From: Clostridia bacterium
Lineage (GTDB): Bacteria; Bacillota; Clostridia; Christensenellales; UBA1242
Assembly: GCA_028709705.1 (NCBI GenBank)
Contig: JAQVWL010000002.1
Location: 68,184-132,183 of the forward strand
Reading direction: 5' to 3'
DNA length: 64,000 nucleotides
The first letter of the stretch is position 1, and each line of letters starts with the position of its first letter. The translations under genes and the position numbers were made by a program. The notes below the pieces were generated by a model, which saw only the letters and a program-made list of their open reading frames with translations, did no database searches and had not been told where the DNA came from. This document shows positions 1 through 9,449 of this stretch, piece after piece.

Positions 1-623
1 CCTCTGGCACTGTCAACGATGTTGCAAAAACTCTTAAAATTTCACCTAATATAAAAAAAACTTTGCAAAATATCAACCTTGACAAAACCACACCTTATGA
101 TTTGATGAAAATAAACGACAATTATGGAATCTATGTCTGTTGCTTTGGGATTTTTACTGACACAAGTTATCAAACTTCTCAAAAACTAAAAAATATTTTT
201 GGTAAAATTGCTTATGTTTTTCACATATTAAAAATTTGGTTTAAACAAAAAGCAATTTGGGTGGATATAAAAACAAAAGATTTTAATTATTGCGGATACT
301 GTTCTTGCCTTTTTGCATTAAACACAAAATATTTATCAGGTTTTAAAATCAACAAAAATGCTGATTTAAACGATGGAAATATTGACTTGTTTTTTATAAA
401 AACAAAATCAAAAAAAATAAGATTTTTTGACAAAATCAAACTTTTTAAAGTTTATATAAAAGGTTTCAAAAATGTTGAAAAAGATAAAAATATTGTAAAG
501 TTATACACTGACAATATTAAAATAAAATTTGAAAATGAAGTTCCCATCAATATTGATGGCGAAAAAAAATTGATGAAAAACTTTGAAATTACTGTTGTAA
601 AAAACAAAATAAAATTTTTGTAA
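1..623 (+). CDS. Diacylglycerol/lipid kinase family protein (YegS/DagK-like), 5' end cut by the window edge
   Basis: The frame is open from nt 3 (SGTVNDVAK..., the tail of the GGDGT-type motif region) and has NIDGE near the C-terminus. ORF-track entry 63..623 is only the part after an internal start. Confidence 0.6.
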   Translation, partial: SGTVNDVAKTLKISPNIKKTLQNINLDKTTPYDLMKINDNYGIYVCCFGIFTDTSYQTSQKLKNIFGKIAYVFHILKIWFKQKAIWVDIKTKDFNYCGYCSCLFALNTKYLSGFKINKNADLNDGNIDLFFIKTKSKKIRFFDKIKLFKVYIKGFKNVEKDKNIVKLYTDNIKIKFENEVPINIDGEKKLMKNFEITVVKNKIKFL

Positions 624-626
624 AAG

Positions 627-2678
627 GTGTTTAGGAAAATGGAAATCACAAAAGAAAAAAGAACAAAAAGAAGAATATGTTATGCAGATATATTTTATCC
701 TTTAATATTTATTGGATTTACATTTGTTTTAAATGTCTTAAACGCCCTATGGCTTGGAATGAATATTGTACCTAAATATTTTTTGCTTGAACTTTCTATT
801 GTTTTTGGATTAAGTTTGATAATATTTTTAATGCCAAACCAAATTGCAAAAAAAGTAACTTCTTATTTATTTCTTACTTTTATTATAGTAGTTAATTGCA
901 TAAATGCTTGCGTTTATATGGTATTCGGCGATGTGTTTCATTTGCAAATGCTTTTTTTGCTTACTGAAACATTTAGCGTTTTAGATATTTCGTACTTTAA
1001 TATTCCGGCAATAACTATTTATGTTTTGGTTTTTATTTTGTTTATTGCCATAAACATATTTTTTACAAAATATGCAAAAAAAGAAAAAATATATTTTTCA
1101 ATTCCAAAATTTAAAGATACATTTTGCGTTTTTATTGCAATAATAATAGCAACTTCTTCATTTTTTTGTATTTCTCAACAACAAATAAAAAGTACTGTTA
1201 GTGCTGATTCTATTGCTTCGGTTGATGTAACCAACGATAACTCTCTTTATGAAAATTTGCTTTTTAAATATAACAGTTTGGAAAAGTTTGGATTTTTTGG
1301 TTTTTATACAAAGGAACTTATCAATCTTGTTTTTGGTTCAAACTTGCAAATAACAAGTTCAACCAAGTCTAATATATATCAAACATTGCTAGATAATCAC
1401 AACCAAAATGGTTCAACAGTAAATCAAGGCATTTTGGAAGGTGACAATTTGATTTGCATTTTAACAGAAAGTCTTGAATGGTTTGCTATTGACCCAATTT
1501 ACACGCCAACACTATATTCAATGTATGAAAATTCAGTTTGTTTAACAAATTATTATAGCAAAAACAAAACAAATATCAGTGAAGGTATTATAAATTTCGC
1601 GGGAATGCCAAGCAGTTGCATAATGCCAGACTCGGTTAATGGTATACCAATTTCCACACCATATTCTCTTGCTTCAATGTTTTCAAACAGAGAATACAGT
1701 TCAAATTATTTTCATTCATTTTTAGATTATTTTTACAACAGAAATAAAATTATGCCAGCAACGGGTTTTGAAAATTTATATTTTGCAAACAAAACCGAAA
1801 TGGACTATGTAACTTCTTCTTTTACTACTATATGTTCTGATTTGATGTTTTTTGACGCAGTTAAAGATCAGTTAATCCCCAACAACGGCGAAAAGTTTTT
1901 TTCTGCCTATGCAACAATGAGTACGCATGCTGATTATGGTTATAAAAAAGAAAGTTTGTTAAACTATTACGATTTGTTTGAAAACACAGAAGATTTTGAT
2001 TTGTTTAGTTTATATATGATTGAAAACTATAACGTTGATTTAAGTTTAATGTCAAAAAACGATGTTGATTTGTTTTTGAATTATAAAGTTGGCGCAATGG
2101 ATTTGGATAAAACTCTTGAAGCAATACTTGCAAATCTGCAAGAAAAAAATTTGCAAGGTAACACAACTATTGTTCTTTATGCAGACCATAATTGTTATGG
2201 AAACGACGTTGGTTATATAATGAAAAATATAAACAAAAGAAATATTTATGACAATGAAACTTATAGAGTTCCCGCTTGCATTTACAGTTCAAAACTACCA
2301 GCACAAAATATTGAGGAATTTACAAACCCTTATGACTTAAACAAAACCATTAGTATTTTGTTTAATTTAGATTATAATGATGCAATTTCAAATGGTTATA
2401 ATATTTTTGATGAAGAAGATATAGCAAATTCATTTTTTGTTTCGTTCACAAGCGGTATTTTTTCCGATGGTTATTTCACAAGAGATTATGAAAAAATTTA
2501 TAATCAATCAGGTGAAATTATTGCCGACGAAAATGAAATCGAAAATTTTGTTGCAAAAATAAACAAATTTTATACAAAACAAATTTTGGTTGACAAAATT
2601 TATAAATATAATATATTGAATCATTTTACCATAACAATAAACACAGACAACACATCAGTTTTAATTGAAAACACATAA
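627..2678 (+). CDS. LTA synthase/sulfatase-family membrane protein (N-terminal multi-TM domain plus extracellular sulfatase-like domain)
   Basis: 683-aa ORF with about 5 hydrophobic N-terminal segments, then a domain with ATMSTHADYGY and LYADHN motifs typical of LtaS/phosphoglycerol-transferase-like enzymes. The start could instead be the ATG at 639. Confidence 0.55.
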   Translation: MFRKMEITKEKRTKRRICYADIFYPLIFIGFTFVLNVLNALWLGMNIVPKYFLLELSIVFGLSLIIFLMPNQIAKKVTSYLFLTFIIVVNCINACVYMVFGDVFHLQMLFLLTETFSVLDISYFNIPAITIYVLVFILFIAINIFFTKYAKKEKIYFSIPKFKDTFCVFIAIIIATSSFFCISQQQIKSTVSADSIASVDVTNDNSLYENLLFKYNSLEKFGFFGFYTKELINLVFGSNLQITSSTKSNIYQTLLDNHNQNGSTVNQGILEGDNLICILTESLEWFAIDPIYTPTLYSMYENSVCLTNYYSKNKTNISEGIINFAGMPSSCIMPDSVNGIPISTPYSLASMFSNREYSSNYFHSFLDYFYNRNKIMPATGFENLYFANKTEMDYVTSSFTTICSDLMFFDAVKDQLIPNNGEKFFSAYATMSTHADYGYKKESLLNYYDLFENTEDFDLFSLYMIENYNVDLSLMSKNDVDLFLNYKVGAMDLDKTLEAILANLQEKNLQGNTTIVLYADHNCYGNDVGYIMKNINKRNIYDNETYRVPACIYSSKLPAQNIEEFTNPYDLNKTISILFNLDYNDAISNGYNIFDEEDIANSFFVSFTSGIFSDGYFTRDYEKIYNQSGEIIADENEIENFVAKINKFYTKQILVDKIYKYNILNHFTITINTDNTSVLIENT

Positions 2679-2724
2679 TATATTTTTATGTTTTAACCAC
2701 AAAAAAATAATAGCAAAATTCCCC

Positions 2725-2753
2725 TTGACAACGGGGAGTTTTTTTGTTATATT
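2725..2753 (+). promoter_or_regulatory. Sigma-A-type promoter for the str operon: TTGACA-N17-TATATT
   Basis: TTGACA at 2725-2730, a 17-nt spacer, TATATT at 2748-2753. It overlaps a weak CCCC/GGGG hairpin plus T-run (2721-2745) that may terminate the upstream gene. A ~210-nt leader follows. Confidence 0.5.
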
Positions 2754-2963
2754 AGCAAAGCAAAAGGTTTTTATCTTTGCCAAAAAGTTCTACTTTTTGA
2801 AAACTTCAACGGCAGGTGTCTACAGCACACTGAAAATGTTCGTGGGGTTTTTATAAATTTAAGTATGCTTTTTGATGAATTGAATTTACCCAATCAATTC
2901 ATTTTATTTTATGTTTTTTTAAAAAAAACAAATATCGCCTTTTATGGCGGAAAGGAGAAAAAT

Positions 2964-3335
2964 ATGCCAACAGTTAATCAATTGGTTAGAAAAGGTAGAA
3001 AAACTTTTAAAAGAAAAAGCAAATCACCGCTTCTTGAAAGTAATCCGCAAATGCGTGGAGTTTGTCTTTCTGTTAAAACAACTTCTCCCAAAAAACCTAA
3101 CTCTGCTCTTCGTAAAATTGCCCGTGTGAAATTGTCAAACGGTGCAGAAGCAACTTGCTACATTCCAGGTATTGGGCACAATTTGCAAGAACATAGCGTT
3201 GTGCTTGTTCGTGGCGGAAGAGTAAAAGATTTGCCAGGTGTGAGATATCACATTGTTCGTGGTTCGCTTGATGCGTCAGGTGTTGCAAAACGAAACCAAA
3301 GCAGGTCAAAATATGGTGCCAAAAAACCAAAATAA
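2964..3335 (+). CDS. rpsL: 30S ribosomal protein S12
   Basis: [13 protein letters not shown]... is a canonical S12 N-terminus, with GGAG 7 nt upstream of the ATG at 2964. The start at 2865 in the ORF track is a spurious N-terminal extension. Confidence 0.97.
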   Translation: MPTVNQLVRKGRKTFKRKSKSPLLESNPQMRGVCLSVKTTSPKKPNSALRKIARVKLSNGAEATCYIPGIGHNLQEHSVVLVRGGRVKDLPGVRYHIVRGSLDASGVAKRNQSRSKYGAKKPK

Positions 3336-3405
3336 ACAATAAGTAAATTAAAAAATTGCAATTTAGATTATATTGTAACTAATTGCTAAAAAGGAGAAAA
3401 ATATT

Positions 3406-3879
3406 ATGCCAAGAAGAAATAGAGCGGTCAAAAAAGATGTTTTGGCTGACCCAATTCACAATAGCAAACTTTTGACCAAACTTGTTAATCAAGTTATGTT
3501 AGATGGAAAAAAAGGTATTGCACAAGGAATTGTTTATGGCGCTTTTGATTTGATAAAAGAAAAAACAGGAAATGAACCACTTGCTGTGTTTACACAAGCA
3601 CTTGAAAATGTTAAACCCGTTTTGGAAACAAAAGGTCGTAGAGTGGGCGGAGCAACATATCAAGTTCCTATGGAAATAAGACCTGAAAGAAGACAAACAT
3701 TAGGTATTCGTTGGATAGTCAATTTTGCCCGAAAAAGAAATGGCGAAAGAACTATGCAAGAAAAACTTGCTGGCGAGTTGCTTGATGCTTTTAACAACAC
3801 CGGTGCATCAGTAAAGAAAAAAGAAGAAATGCACAGAATGGCGGAAGCGAATAAAGCATTCGCGCACTTCCGCTGGTAA
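3406..3879 (+). CDS. rpsG: 30S ribosomal protein S7
   Basis: [20 protein letters not shown]...KAFAHFRW* is full-length S7, preceded by AAGGAG. Confidence 0.97.
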   Translation: MPRRNRAVKKDVLADPIHNSKLLTKLVNQVMLDGKKGIAQGIVYGAFDLIKEKTGNEPLAVFTQALENVKPVLETKGRRVGGATYQVPMEIRPERRQTLGIRWIVNFARKRNGERTMQEKLAGELLDAFNNTGASVKKKEEMHRMAEANKAFAHFRW

Positions 3880-4050
3880 AATTTTCAATTTTTGTGGCGG
3901 TTTTTTGCGTTTCTGCCCACCTTACCTTGACAGGTATGTACCAAAAAGTACACTACCTTAGCCAAGTCAAAGCGGGGCGAGCCTTGAAACCCGCTCACAA
4001 AAATTGAAAATTTAAAGTACGAGAAATAAGTTTTTTATTTAAGCATGTGT
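3871..4050 (+). repeat. Copy 1 of a two-copy structured repeat: an 18-bp perfect terminal inverted repeat closes a ~136-nt imperfect hairpin (3878-4013), followed by a conserved AGTACG tail
   Basis: AAATTTTCAATTTTTGTG (3879-3896) and its exact reverse complement CACAAAAATTGAAAATTT (3996-4013). Apical stem GGTA.GTAC/GTAC..TACC (3933-3957). The same arms and layout recur at 44589-44719. Confidence 0.75.
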
Positions 4051-4057
4051 TTAATTT

Positions 4058-4340
4058 TTACGAAAGTTGGAAATTGCGAAGCCAGCCCACCCAATGCAGA
4101 AGCGGGCTTGATTTTCCAAGACAAAGTCGAAGGAAAATGGGGGATTTGAGTGCCGATAAGCAATGATATTTTGGAGGCGGTGCAGTTTGATTTATTAGCA
4201 AGGGGCAAACGGGGACGCTAGCAACTGACACGGGAGCGACTAGCGTAGGGTCACGTTGGCTCTCAGCCCCTTGACATGAAAGCAAAAGGCGAAAAACTTG
4301 TATTATAAAACCCAACAAAAAACAAATAAAAATCATAATA
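4058..4340. ncRNA. Candidate structured RNA or unclassified G+C-rich island in the rpsG-fusA spacer
   Basis: Hand count gives ~52% G+C over 4081-4260 (63% over 4201-4260), against ~30% in the flanks. Local stems include ACGCTAG(4216-4222)/CTAGCGT(4241-4247) and CAAGGGGC(4199-4206)/GCCCCTTG(4265-4272). There is no credible ORF, and I could not match it to any known RNA family by eye. Confidence 0.3.
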
Positions 4341-4375
4341 AAATACCGCTTATAAAGGCGGGAAAGGAGAAATAA

Positions 4376-6451
4376 ATGGCGATGGAACCATTAAAATTAA
4401 CACGAAATGTCGGTATTATGGCACATATTGATGCCGGAAAAACGACAACAACCGAAAGAATTCTGTTTTACACAGGAAAAAACCACAAAATCGGCGAAGT
4501 GCATGATGGTGCTGCAACTATGGACTGGATGGAACAAGAACAAGAAAGGGGTATAACAATCACTTCCGCTTGCACAACTTGTAATTGGAAAGGTCATAAA
4601 ATTAATATTATAGACACACCGGGGCACGTTGATTTCACAATTGAAGTTGAAAGAAGTTTAAAAGTGCTTGATGGTGCTGTGCTTGTTTTAAGTGCAAGAG
4701 ATAAAGTTCAACCTCAAACTGAAACAGTTTGGCGACAAGCAACAAGATATAAAGTTCCTGCAATTGTTTATATTAACAAAATGGATAGAGATGCGGCAGA
4801 TTTTATGGGTTGCGTTGAGTCAATAAGACTTAGACTTCACACAAAACCTCTTCCTATTCAACTTCCACTTGGTTCTTCAGAAACTTTTTCAGGCATTATT
4901 GACCTTTTGACAATGAAAGCCGAAATATATAAAGATGACCAAGGTGTTAATATTGAAATTATTGACATTCCCGAAGAGTATAAAGCACAAGCAGAAAAAC
5001 TACGCAACGAAATGATTGAATCAGTTGTTGAAACTGATGACGTTTTGCTTGAAAAATACTTTGCTGGTGAAGAAATAGATTTAGAAACAATAAAGAAAGC
5101 AATAAGAAAAGCAACTATTTCAAAACAACTAACTCCTGTTTTGTGCGGTTCTTCTTACAAAAACAAAGGTGTGCAAATGCTTTTGGACGCTATTGTTGAC
5201 TTTTTGCCTTCACCATTAGACATTGACAGCATAAAAGGAACAAACCCCGACACAAACAAAGAAGAAGAAAGAGAAGCAAAAGAAGATGCATATTTTGCAG
5301 GTTTAGCTTTTAAAATTACAACAGACCCGTTTGTTGGAGGCTTGACATTTTTTAGAGTGTACAGCGGACTTTTAAAAGCAGGTTCTTACGTTTACAATTC
5401 TGTAACCGGAAAAACCGAAAGAGTTGGCAGACTTATAAGAATGCACGCAAACACAAGACAAGAAATTTCTGAAGTTGGTGCGGGCGACATTGCTGCAATT
5501 GTTGGGCTTAAAGACACAATCACAGGGCACACACTTTGCGATGCAAAACACCCAATAGTTTTGGAAAGTATGGAATTCCCTGACCCCGTTATTCAACTTG
5601 CTATTGAACCAAAAACAAAAGATATGCAAGAAAAAATGTCATTAGCGCTTGCAAAACTTATGCGTGAAGACCCATCATTTAGAGTTCAAACAGACCAAGA
5701 AACAGGACAAACACTTATATCCGGTATGGGCGAACTTCACCTAGAAATTATTGTTGACAGAATGTTTAGAGAGTTTAAAGTTGAAGCAAATGTTGGAAAA
5801 CCACAAGTTGCTTACAAAGAAGCAATCAAAAACAAAGTCAAAGCAGAAGGAAAATTTATTAGACAAAGTGGCGGAAAAGGTCAATATGGACATTGTCAAA
5901 TTGAAATGGAACCACTTCCACAAGGTCAAGGCTATGAATTTGTTGACAAAACTGTTGGCGGTTCAATTCCAAAAGAATATATTCAACCAATAAACAACGG
6001 AATACAAGAAGCAAGAATGAATGGAATTTTGGCAGGGTATGAAACTGTTGATTTCAAAGTTACAGTTTATGATGGTTCGTTCCACGAAGTTGACTCTTCT
6101 GAAATGGCTTTCAAAATTGCAGGTTCGCTTGCATTTAAAGATGGCTGTGCAAAAGGTGGAGCAGTTTTGTTAGAACCAATTATGGCAGTTCAAGTTGAAC
6201 TTCCAGACGAATATTTGGGAACGGTTATGGGCAATCTTACTTCAAGAAGAGGAATGCTTCAAGGCAACGAAACAAAACCTGGTGTTCAAGTTATCAATGC
6301 AGAAGTTCCTTTGGCGGAAATGTTTGGATATGCAACAGACCTTCGTTCTCAAACACAAGGTCGCGGACAATTTACTATGGAATTTAAAAAATATGCCGAA
6401 GTGCCAAAAAGCATTCAAGAAAAAATTATTGGCGAACGATCAAAGAAATAA
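4376..6451 (+). CDS. fusA: Elongation factor G
   Basis: [23 protein letters not shown] and 691 aa. AAGGAG lies upstream, preceded by the small hairpin CCGC(4346-4349)/GCGG(4358-4361). Confidence 0.97.
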   Translation: MAMEPLKLTRNVGIMAHIDAGKTTTTERILFYTGKNHKIGEVHDGAATMDWMEQEQERGITITSACTTCNWKGHKINIIDTPGHVDFTIEVERSLKVLDGAVLVLSARDKVQPQTETVWRQATRYKVPAIVYINKMDRDAADFMGCVESIRLRLHTKPLPIQLPLGSSETFSGIIDLLTMKAEIYKDDQGVNIEIIDIPEEYKAQAEKLRNEMIESVVETDDVLLEKYFAGEEIDLETIKKAIRKATISKQLTPVLCGSSYKNKGVQMLLDAIVDFLPSPLDIDSIKGTNPDTNKEEEREAKEDAYFAGLAFKITTDPFVGGLTFFRVYSGLLKAGSYVYNSVTGKTERVGRLIRMHANTRQEISEVGAGDIAAIVGLKDTITGHTLCDAKHPIVLESMEFPDPVIQLAIEPKTKDMQEKMSLALAKLMREDPSFRVQTDQETGQTLISGMGELHLEIIVDRMFREFKVEANVGKPQVAYKEAIKNKVKAEGKFIRQSGGKGQYGHCQIEMEPLPQGQGYEFVDKTVGGSIPKEYIQPINNGIQEARMNGILAGYETVDFKVTVYDGSFHEVDSSEMAFKIAGSLAFKDGCAKGGAVLLEPIMAVQVELPDEYLGTVMGNLTSRRGMLQGNETKPGVQVINAEVPLAEMFGYATDLRSQTQGRGQFTMEFKKYAEVPKSIQEKIIGERSKK

Positions 6452-6497
6452 TTACAAAAAACCACAAAATTACAACTTATTTAATGTAAAAAAATGC

Positions 6498-6526
6498 TTG
6501 CATTTTACTACTTGATTGTGTATAAT
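6498..6526 (+). promoter_or_regulatory. Internal promoter upstream of tuf: TTGCAT-N17-TATAAT
   Basis: TTGCAT at 6498-6503, a 17-nt spacer, TATAAT at 6521-6526. Confidence 0.55.
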
Positions 6527-6579
6527 TCAAGTGTTAAAGAAAAAAATAACAATAAAATTTTTAAAGGAGATAAATAAAA

Positions 6580-7770
6580 ATGGCAAAGGAAAAATTTGAC
6601 AGATCCAAGGCACATGTTAACATTGGAACAATCGGACATGTTGACCATGGTAAAACCACACTTACTGCCGCAATTACTTTCAGATTTGGAAAAGATAAAA
6701 GAAGATATGATGAAATTGATAGCGCACCAGAAGAAAAATCAAGAGGAATAACAATTAACACATCCCATGTTGAATACGAAACAGAAAAAAGGCATTATGC
6801 CCATGTTGACTGTCCAGGACATGCTGACTATGTTAAAAATATGATAACAGGAGCCGCTCAAATGGACGGTGCTATCCTAGTTGTTTCGGCCGCTGATGGC
6901 CCAATGCCTCAAACAAGAGAACACATTTTGCTTGCTCGTCAGGTTGGAGTTCCATACATTGTTGTATTTATGAACAAATGTGACCAAGTTGATGATGAAG
7001 AATTGCTTGAACTTGTTGAAATGGAAATTCGTGACCTATTAACAGAATACAATTTCCCAGGGGATAAAACTCCAATAATTAGAGGTTCAGCTTTGAAAGC
7101 TCTTGAAGCACTTCAAAACGGAAAAAATGACGATTCATCAATTAAAGCAATCGACGAATTGATGGCAGCTGTTGACTCTTACATTCCAGAACCAGAAAGA
7201 CAAACCGACAAACCTTTCTTAATGCCAGTTGAAGACGTTTTCACAATCACAGGTCGTGGAACAGTTGCAACAGGAAGAGTAGAAAGAGGTATTGTTAAAA
7301 TTAACGAAACCGTTGAAATCGTTGGAATGGGTTCAAACAAACAAACAGTAGTTACTGGCGTTGAAATGTTTAGAAAACTTCTTGACGAAGCAAGAGCAGG
7401 AGACAATGTTGGCCTATTACTCCGTGGAATTCAAAGAACAGATATCGAAAGAGGTCAAGTTATTTGCAAACCAGGAACAATTAAACCTCACACAAAATAC
7501 ACTGCACAAGTTTACGTTCTAACAAAAGAAGAAGGCGGACGTCACACACCATTCTTTAATGGTTACAGACCACAATTCTATTTTAGAACAACAGACGTAA
7601 CAGGAACAATTGATTTGCCAGCAGGCGTTGAAATGGTTATGCCAGGAGATAACATCACAATGACAATCAACCTTATCACTCCAATCGCTATTGAACAAGG
7701 TCTTCGCTTTGCTATTCGTGAAGGCGGAAGAACTGTTGGTTCTGGCGTTGTTGCAACAATCATTGAATAA
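6580..7770 (+). CDS. tuf: Elongation factor Tu
   Basis: [33 protein letters not shown]..., 396 aa. Confidence 0.98.
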   Translation: MAKEKFDRSKAHVNIGTIGHVDHGKTTLTAAITFRFGKDKRRYDEIDSAPEEKSRGITINTSHVEYETEKRHYAHVDCPGHADYVKNMITGAAQMDGAILVVSAADGPMPQTREHILLARQVGVPYIVVFMNKCDQVDDEELLELVEMEIRDLLTEYNFPGDKTPIIRGSALKALEALQNGKNDDSSIKAIDELMAAVDSYIPEPERQTDKPFLMPVEDVFTITGRGTVATGRVERGIVKINETVEIVGMGSNKQTVVTGVEMFRKLLDEARAGDNVGLLLRGIQRTDIERGQVICKPGTIKPHTKYTAQVYVLTKEEGGRHTPFFNGYRPQFYFRTTDVTGTIDLPAGVEMVMPGDNITMTINLITPIAIEQGLRFAIREGGRTVGSGVVATIIE

Positions 7771-7879
7771 CAAAAAATTATTAATTCTTAAAAATAAAAT
7801 TGAAAGACTTAATAATAAGCAAATATCAAAAAATTAATCAAAAAAATAAATTTTAACCCAAATTTATTTTTAAAACAAA

Positions 7880-7912
7880 AACCGCAAGCAAACCCACTTG
7901 CGGTTTTTTTGT
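7880..7912 (+). terminator. Intrinsic terminator after tuf
   Basis: Stem CCGCAAG(7882-7888)/CTTGCGG(7897-7903) followed by T7. Confidence 0.8.
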
Positions 7913-7942
7913 TGTAATTCAACTTTTTGAAAAAATTGGAGG

Positions 7943-7971
7943 TTGACAAGTTCGAGATAATATTATAATAT
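7943..7971 (+). promoter_or_regulatory. Sigma-A-type promoter: TTGACA then TATAAT (N15) or TAATAT (N17)
   Basis: TTGACA at 7943-7948. TATAAT at 7964-7969 overlaps TAATAT at 7966-7971. Confidence 0.45.
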
Positions 7972-7978
7972 ACAAACA

Positions 7979-8575
7979 ATGGAGAAAAAAATGGAAAAAA
8001 TATGGAACAAAGAAAGAATTAGGAACTGCAAAATTAACCTTACAAGGCTTTATAGATAATGAAGATTATAGAAAAGCAATTGAATTGATTGCCAATGATG
8101 AAGATTTTGATGCAACAGTTCAAATTGCGCCTAAAAACAACAAAAACGAAAGAACAATATTCGCAGTATCCCAAAAATCAAAAAAAGGAAATAGGGTTTT
8201 TAAAAGCGAGCACACAATTAGCACTTTTTGGCTAAATGATTTGCCAGAATTTTATATTGATTCAATTTCTTGTATTAGCGTTTTAGATTTGCAAGTAAAA
8301 GAAAATACGAATTAGAAGGTGGCATAGGTTATAGTTCGTATGAATCAACTGATGCTGTTTTTAAAATATACCTTTGTGAAGTTTTAAAAGAAAAATTTAA
8401 AGGCAGACCAACTTTTCTTAAAGAAGTTTCAAAAATGGAAGATTCTGCAAAAAAATATGTAAGAGATGTTATTGCCAGAAAAGAAAAATCTTTAAACTCA
8501 ACAAAACAATTACTCAATATTGATTTTAAAAAGCAAACCAAAACAACAGAACAAGAAAAAGCACAAGAAAAATAA
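7979..8575 (+). pseudogene. Unknown-function gene split over three reading frames (either a frameshifted pseudogene or homopolymer sequencing errors)
   Basis: ATG at 7979 (frame 2) stops at 8055-8057. Frame 0 is open across the same region to the TAG at 8313-8315. Frame 2 is open again from 8279 to the TAA at 8573-8575. Both frame switches fall in A-rich runs. The antisense ORF 8329..8541 looks spurious. Confidence 0.45.
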
Positions 8576-8612
8576 TATTATAAAAACAGAAAAAAACATA
8601 CATATAAAACAA

Positions 8613-8642
8613 AAAAAGTTTACCGCGCGGTAAACTTTTTTT
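8613..8642. terminator. Bidirectional intrinsic terminator
   Basis: AAAAAGTTTACCGC/GCGGTAAACTTTTT is a perfect palindrome with A/T runs on both sides, lying between convergent genes. Confidence 0.7.
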
Positions 8643-8654
8643 AAATTTTTATTT

Positions 8655-9029
8655 TTACAAATCTTGCCTTAGATTGTCAACATATTCGTTTTTGGTGCCA
8701 CTTGTTGAGCCCAAAATTGCAACTTTATATTTTCTTAAATTACCCAATACTTTTGCTTGTTGACCTATCATAAATTCACGGTCATAAACAATTATATTGT
8801 CATCAGTTATAATCTTTCTTATCAGAATTTCTTTGCTAACAAAGGGCAAAAATCCCCCACTATATTCAATTCCTTTAAAAGGCAAAACTTTGGTCAAAGT
8901 ACCTGTTGTGTTCATAGAAACACCATTCCTTACATAATTAATAATGATTTTTTCTTTAACACGTTGTGACAATTCTTCAAACTCTTTTTTGCTTTGATTA
9001 AACATAAATTCACTTCGTATATTGTTCAT
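8655..9029 (-). CDS. Hypothetical protein (124 aa)
   Basis: ORF with GGAGAA 4 nt upstream of the ATG at 9029 (MNNIRSEF...). I recognise no family. Confidence 0.55.
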   Translation of the reverse strand: MNNIRSEFMFNQSKKEFEELSQRVKEKIIINYVRNGVSMNTTGTLTKVLPFKGIEYSGGFLPFVSKEILIRKIITDDNIIVYDREFMIGQQAKVLGNLRKYKVAILGSTSGTKNEYVDNLRQDL

Positions 9030-9164
9030 TTTGTTCTCCGTATATTTAACATATACCAAATTTGGCGGAATTTGTCAAATAATTTTGTTTTATGTTAAAC
9101 TATTTTACATTTCAATCCTTGCCTTTTATTTTAAATTATGCTAAAATCTTTGCAAGTAGGTTTT

Positions 9165-9425
9165 ATGGATAAATATAAGAAAAGATATGCAAAAAAGAAA
9201 CTAAATCAATTTTTTTTGTTTTTAGCAATTGCATTTCCACTGTTGGTTGTAGTAACATTTTTGCTTTATTATTTTGTTCCATCGCTTGTTAACAATCAGT
9301 TTGTTGTGATAACTTTGGTTGTGGTTTTAAGTGCATTTATATATTTTGGCTTGGACATATATTTGAAAAAGAAAGAAATAAAAAAGGAAAATCAACCAAA
9401 AAAAAAAGATCCTTTTGCAGATTAG
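9165..9425 (+). CDS. Small membrane protein (2 predicted TM helices), hypothetical
   Basis: MDKYKKRYAKKK followed by two hydrophobic stretches and a lysine-rich tail. It lies immediately upstream of dnaB. Confidence 0.5.
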   Translation: MDKYKKRYAKKKLNQFFLFLAIAFPLLVVVTFLLYYFVPSLVNNQFVVITLVVVLSAFIYFGLDIYLKKKEIKKENQPKKKDPFAD

Positions 9426-9449
9426 TATAAATTTTTTAAGGAGAGAAAA

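Noticed and set aside
2865-2963. The N-terminal 33-aa extension of rpsL implied by the ORF track (and ORFs 2665..2856 and 2944..3129)
   Set aside because: The canonical S12 N-terminus MPTVNQL begins at 2964 with a proper RBS. The upstream part is the operon leader.
4199-4290. A tmRNA-like 5' end (GGGGCTGA) on the reverse strand of the G+C-rich island
   Set aside because: I could find no tRNA-like 3' end (T-arm GGTTCGAATCC...CCA), no tag reading frame and no pseudoknot layout. The 8-nt match is a coincidence.
4058-4336. 92-aa minus-strand ORF in the rpsG-fusA spacer
   Set aside because: It has no RBS. Its translation is low-complexity and proline/leucine-biased (…APPPKYHCLSALKSP…), and it lies in a G+C-rich, stem-rich block. 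It is more plausibly non-coding, so I treat it as a candidate structured RNA instead.
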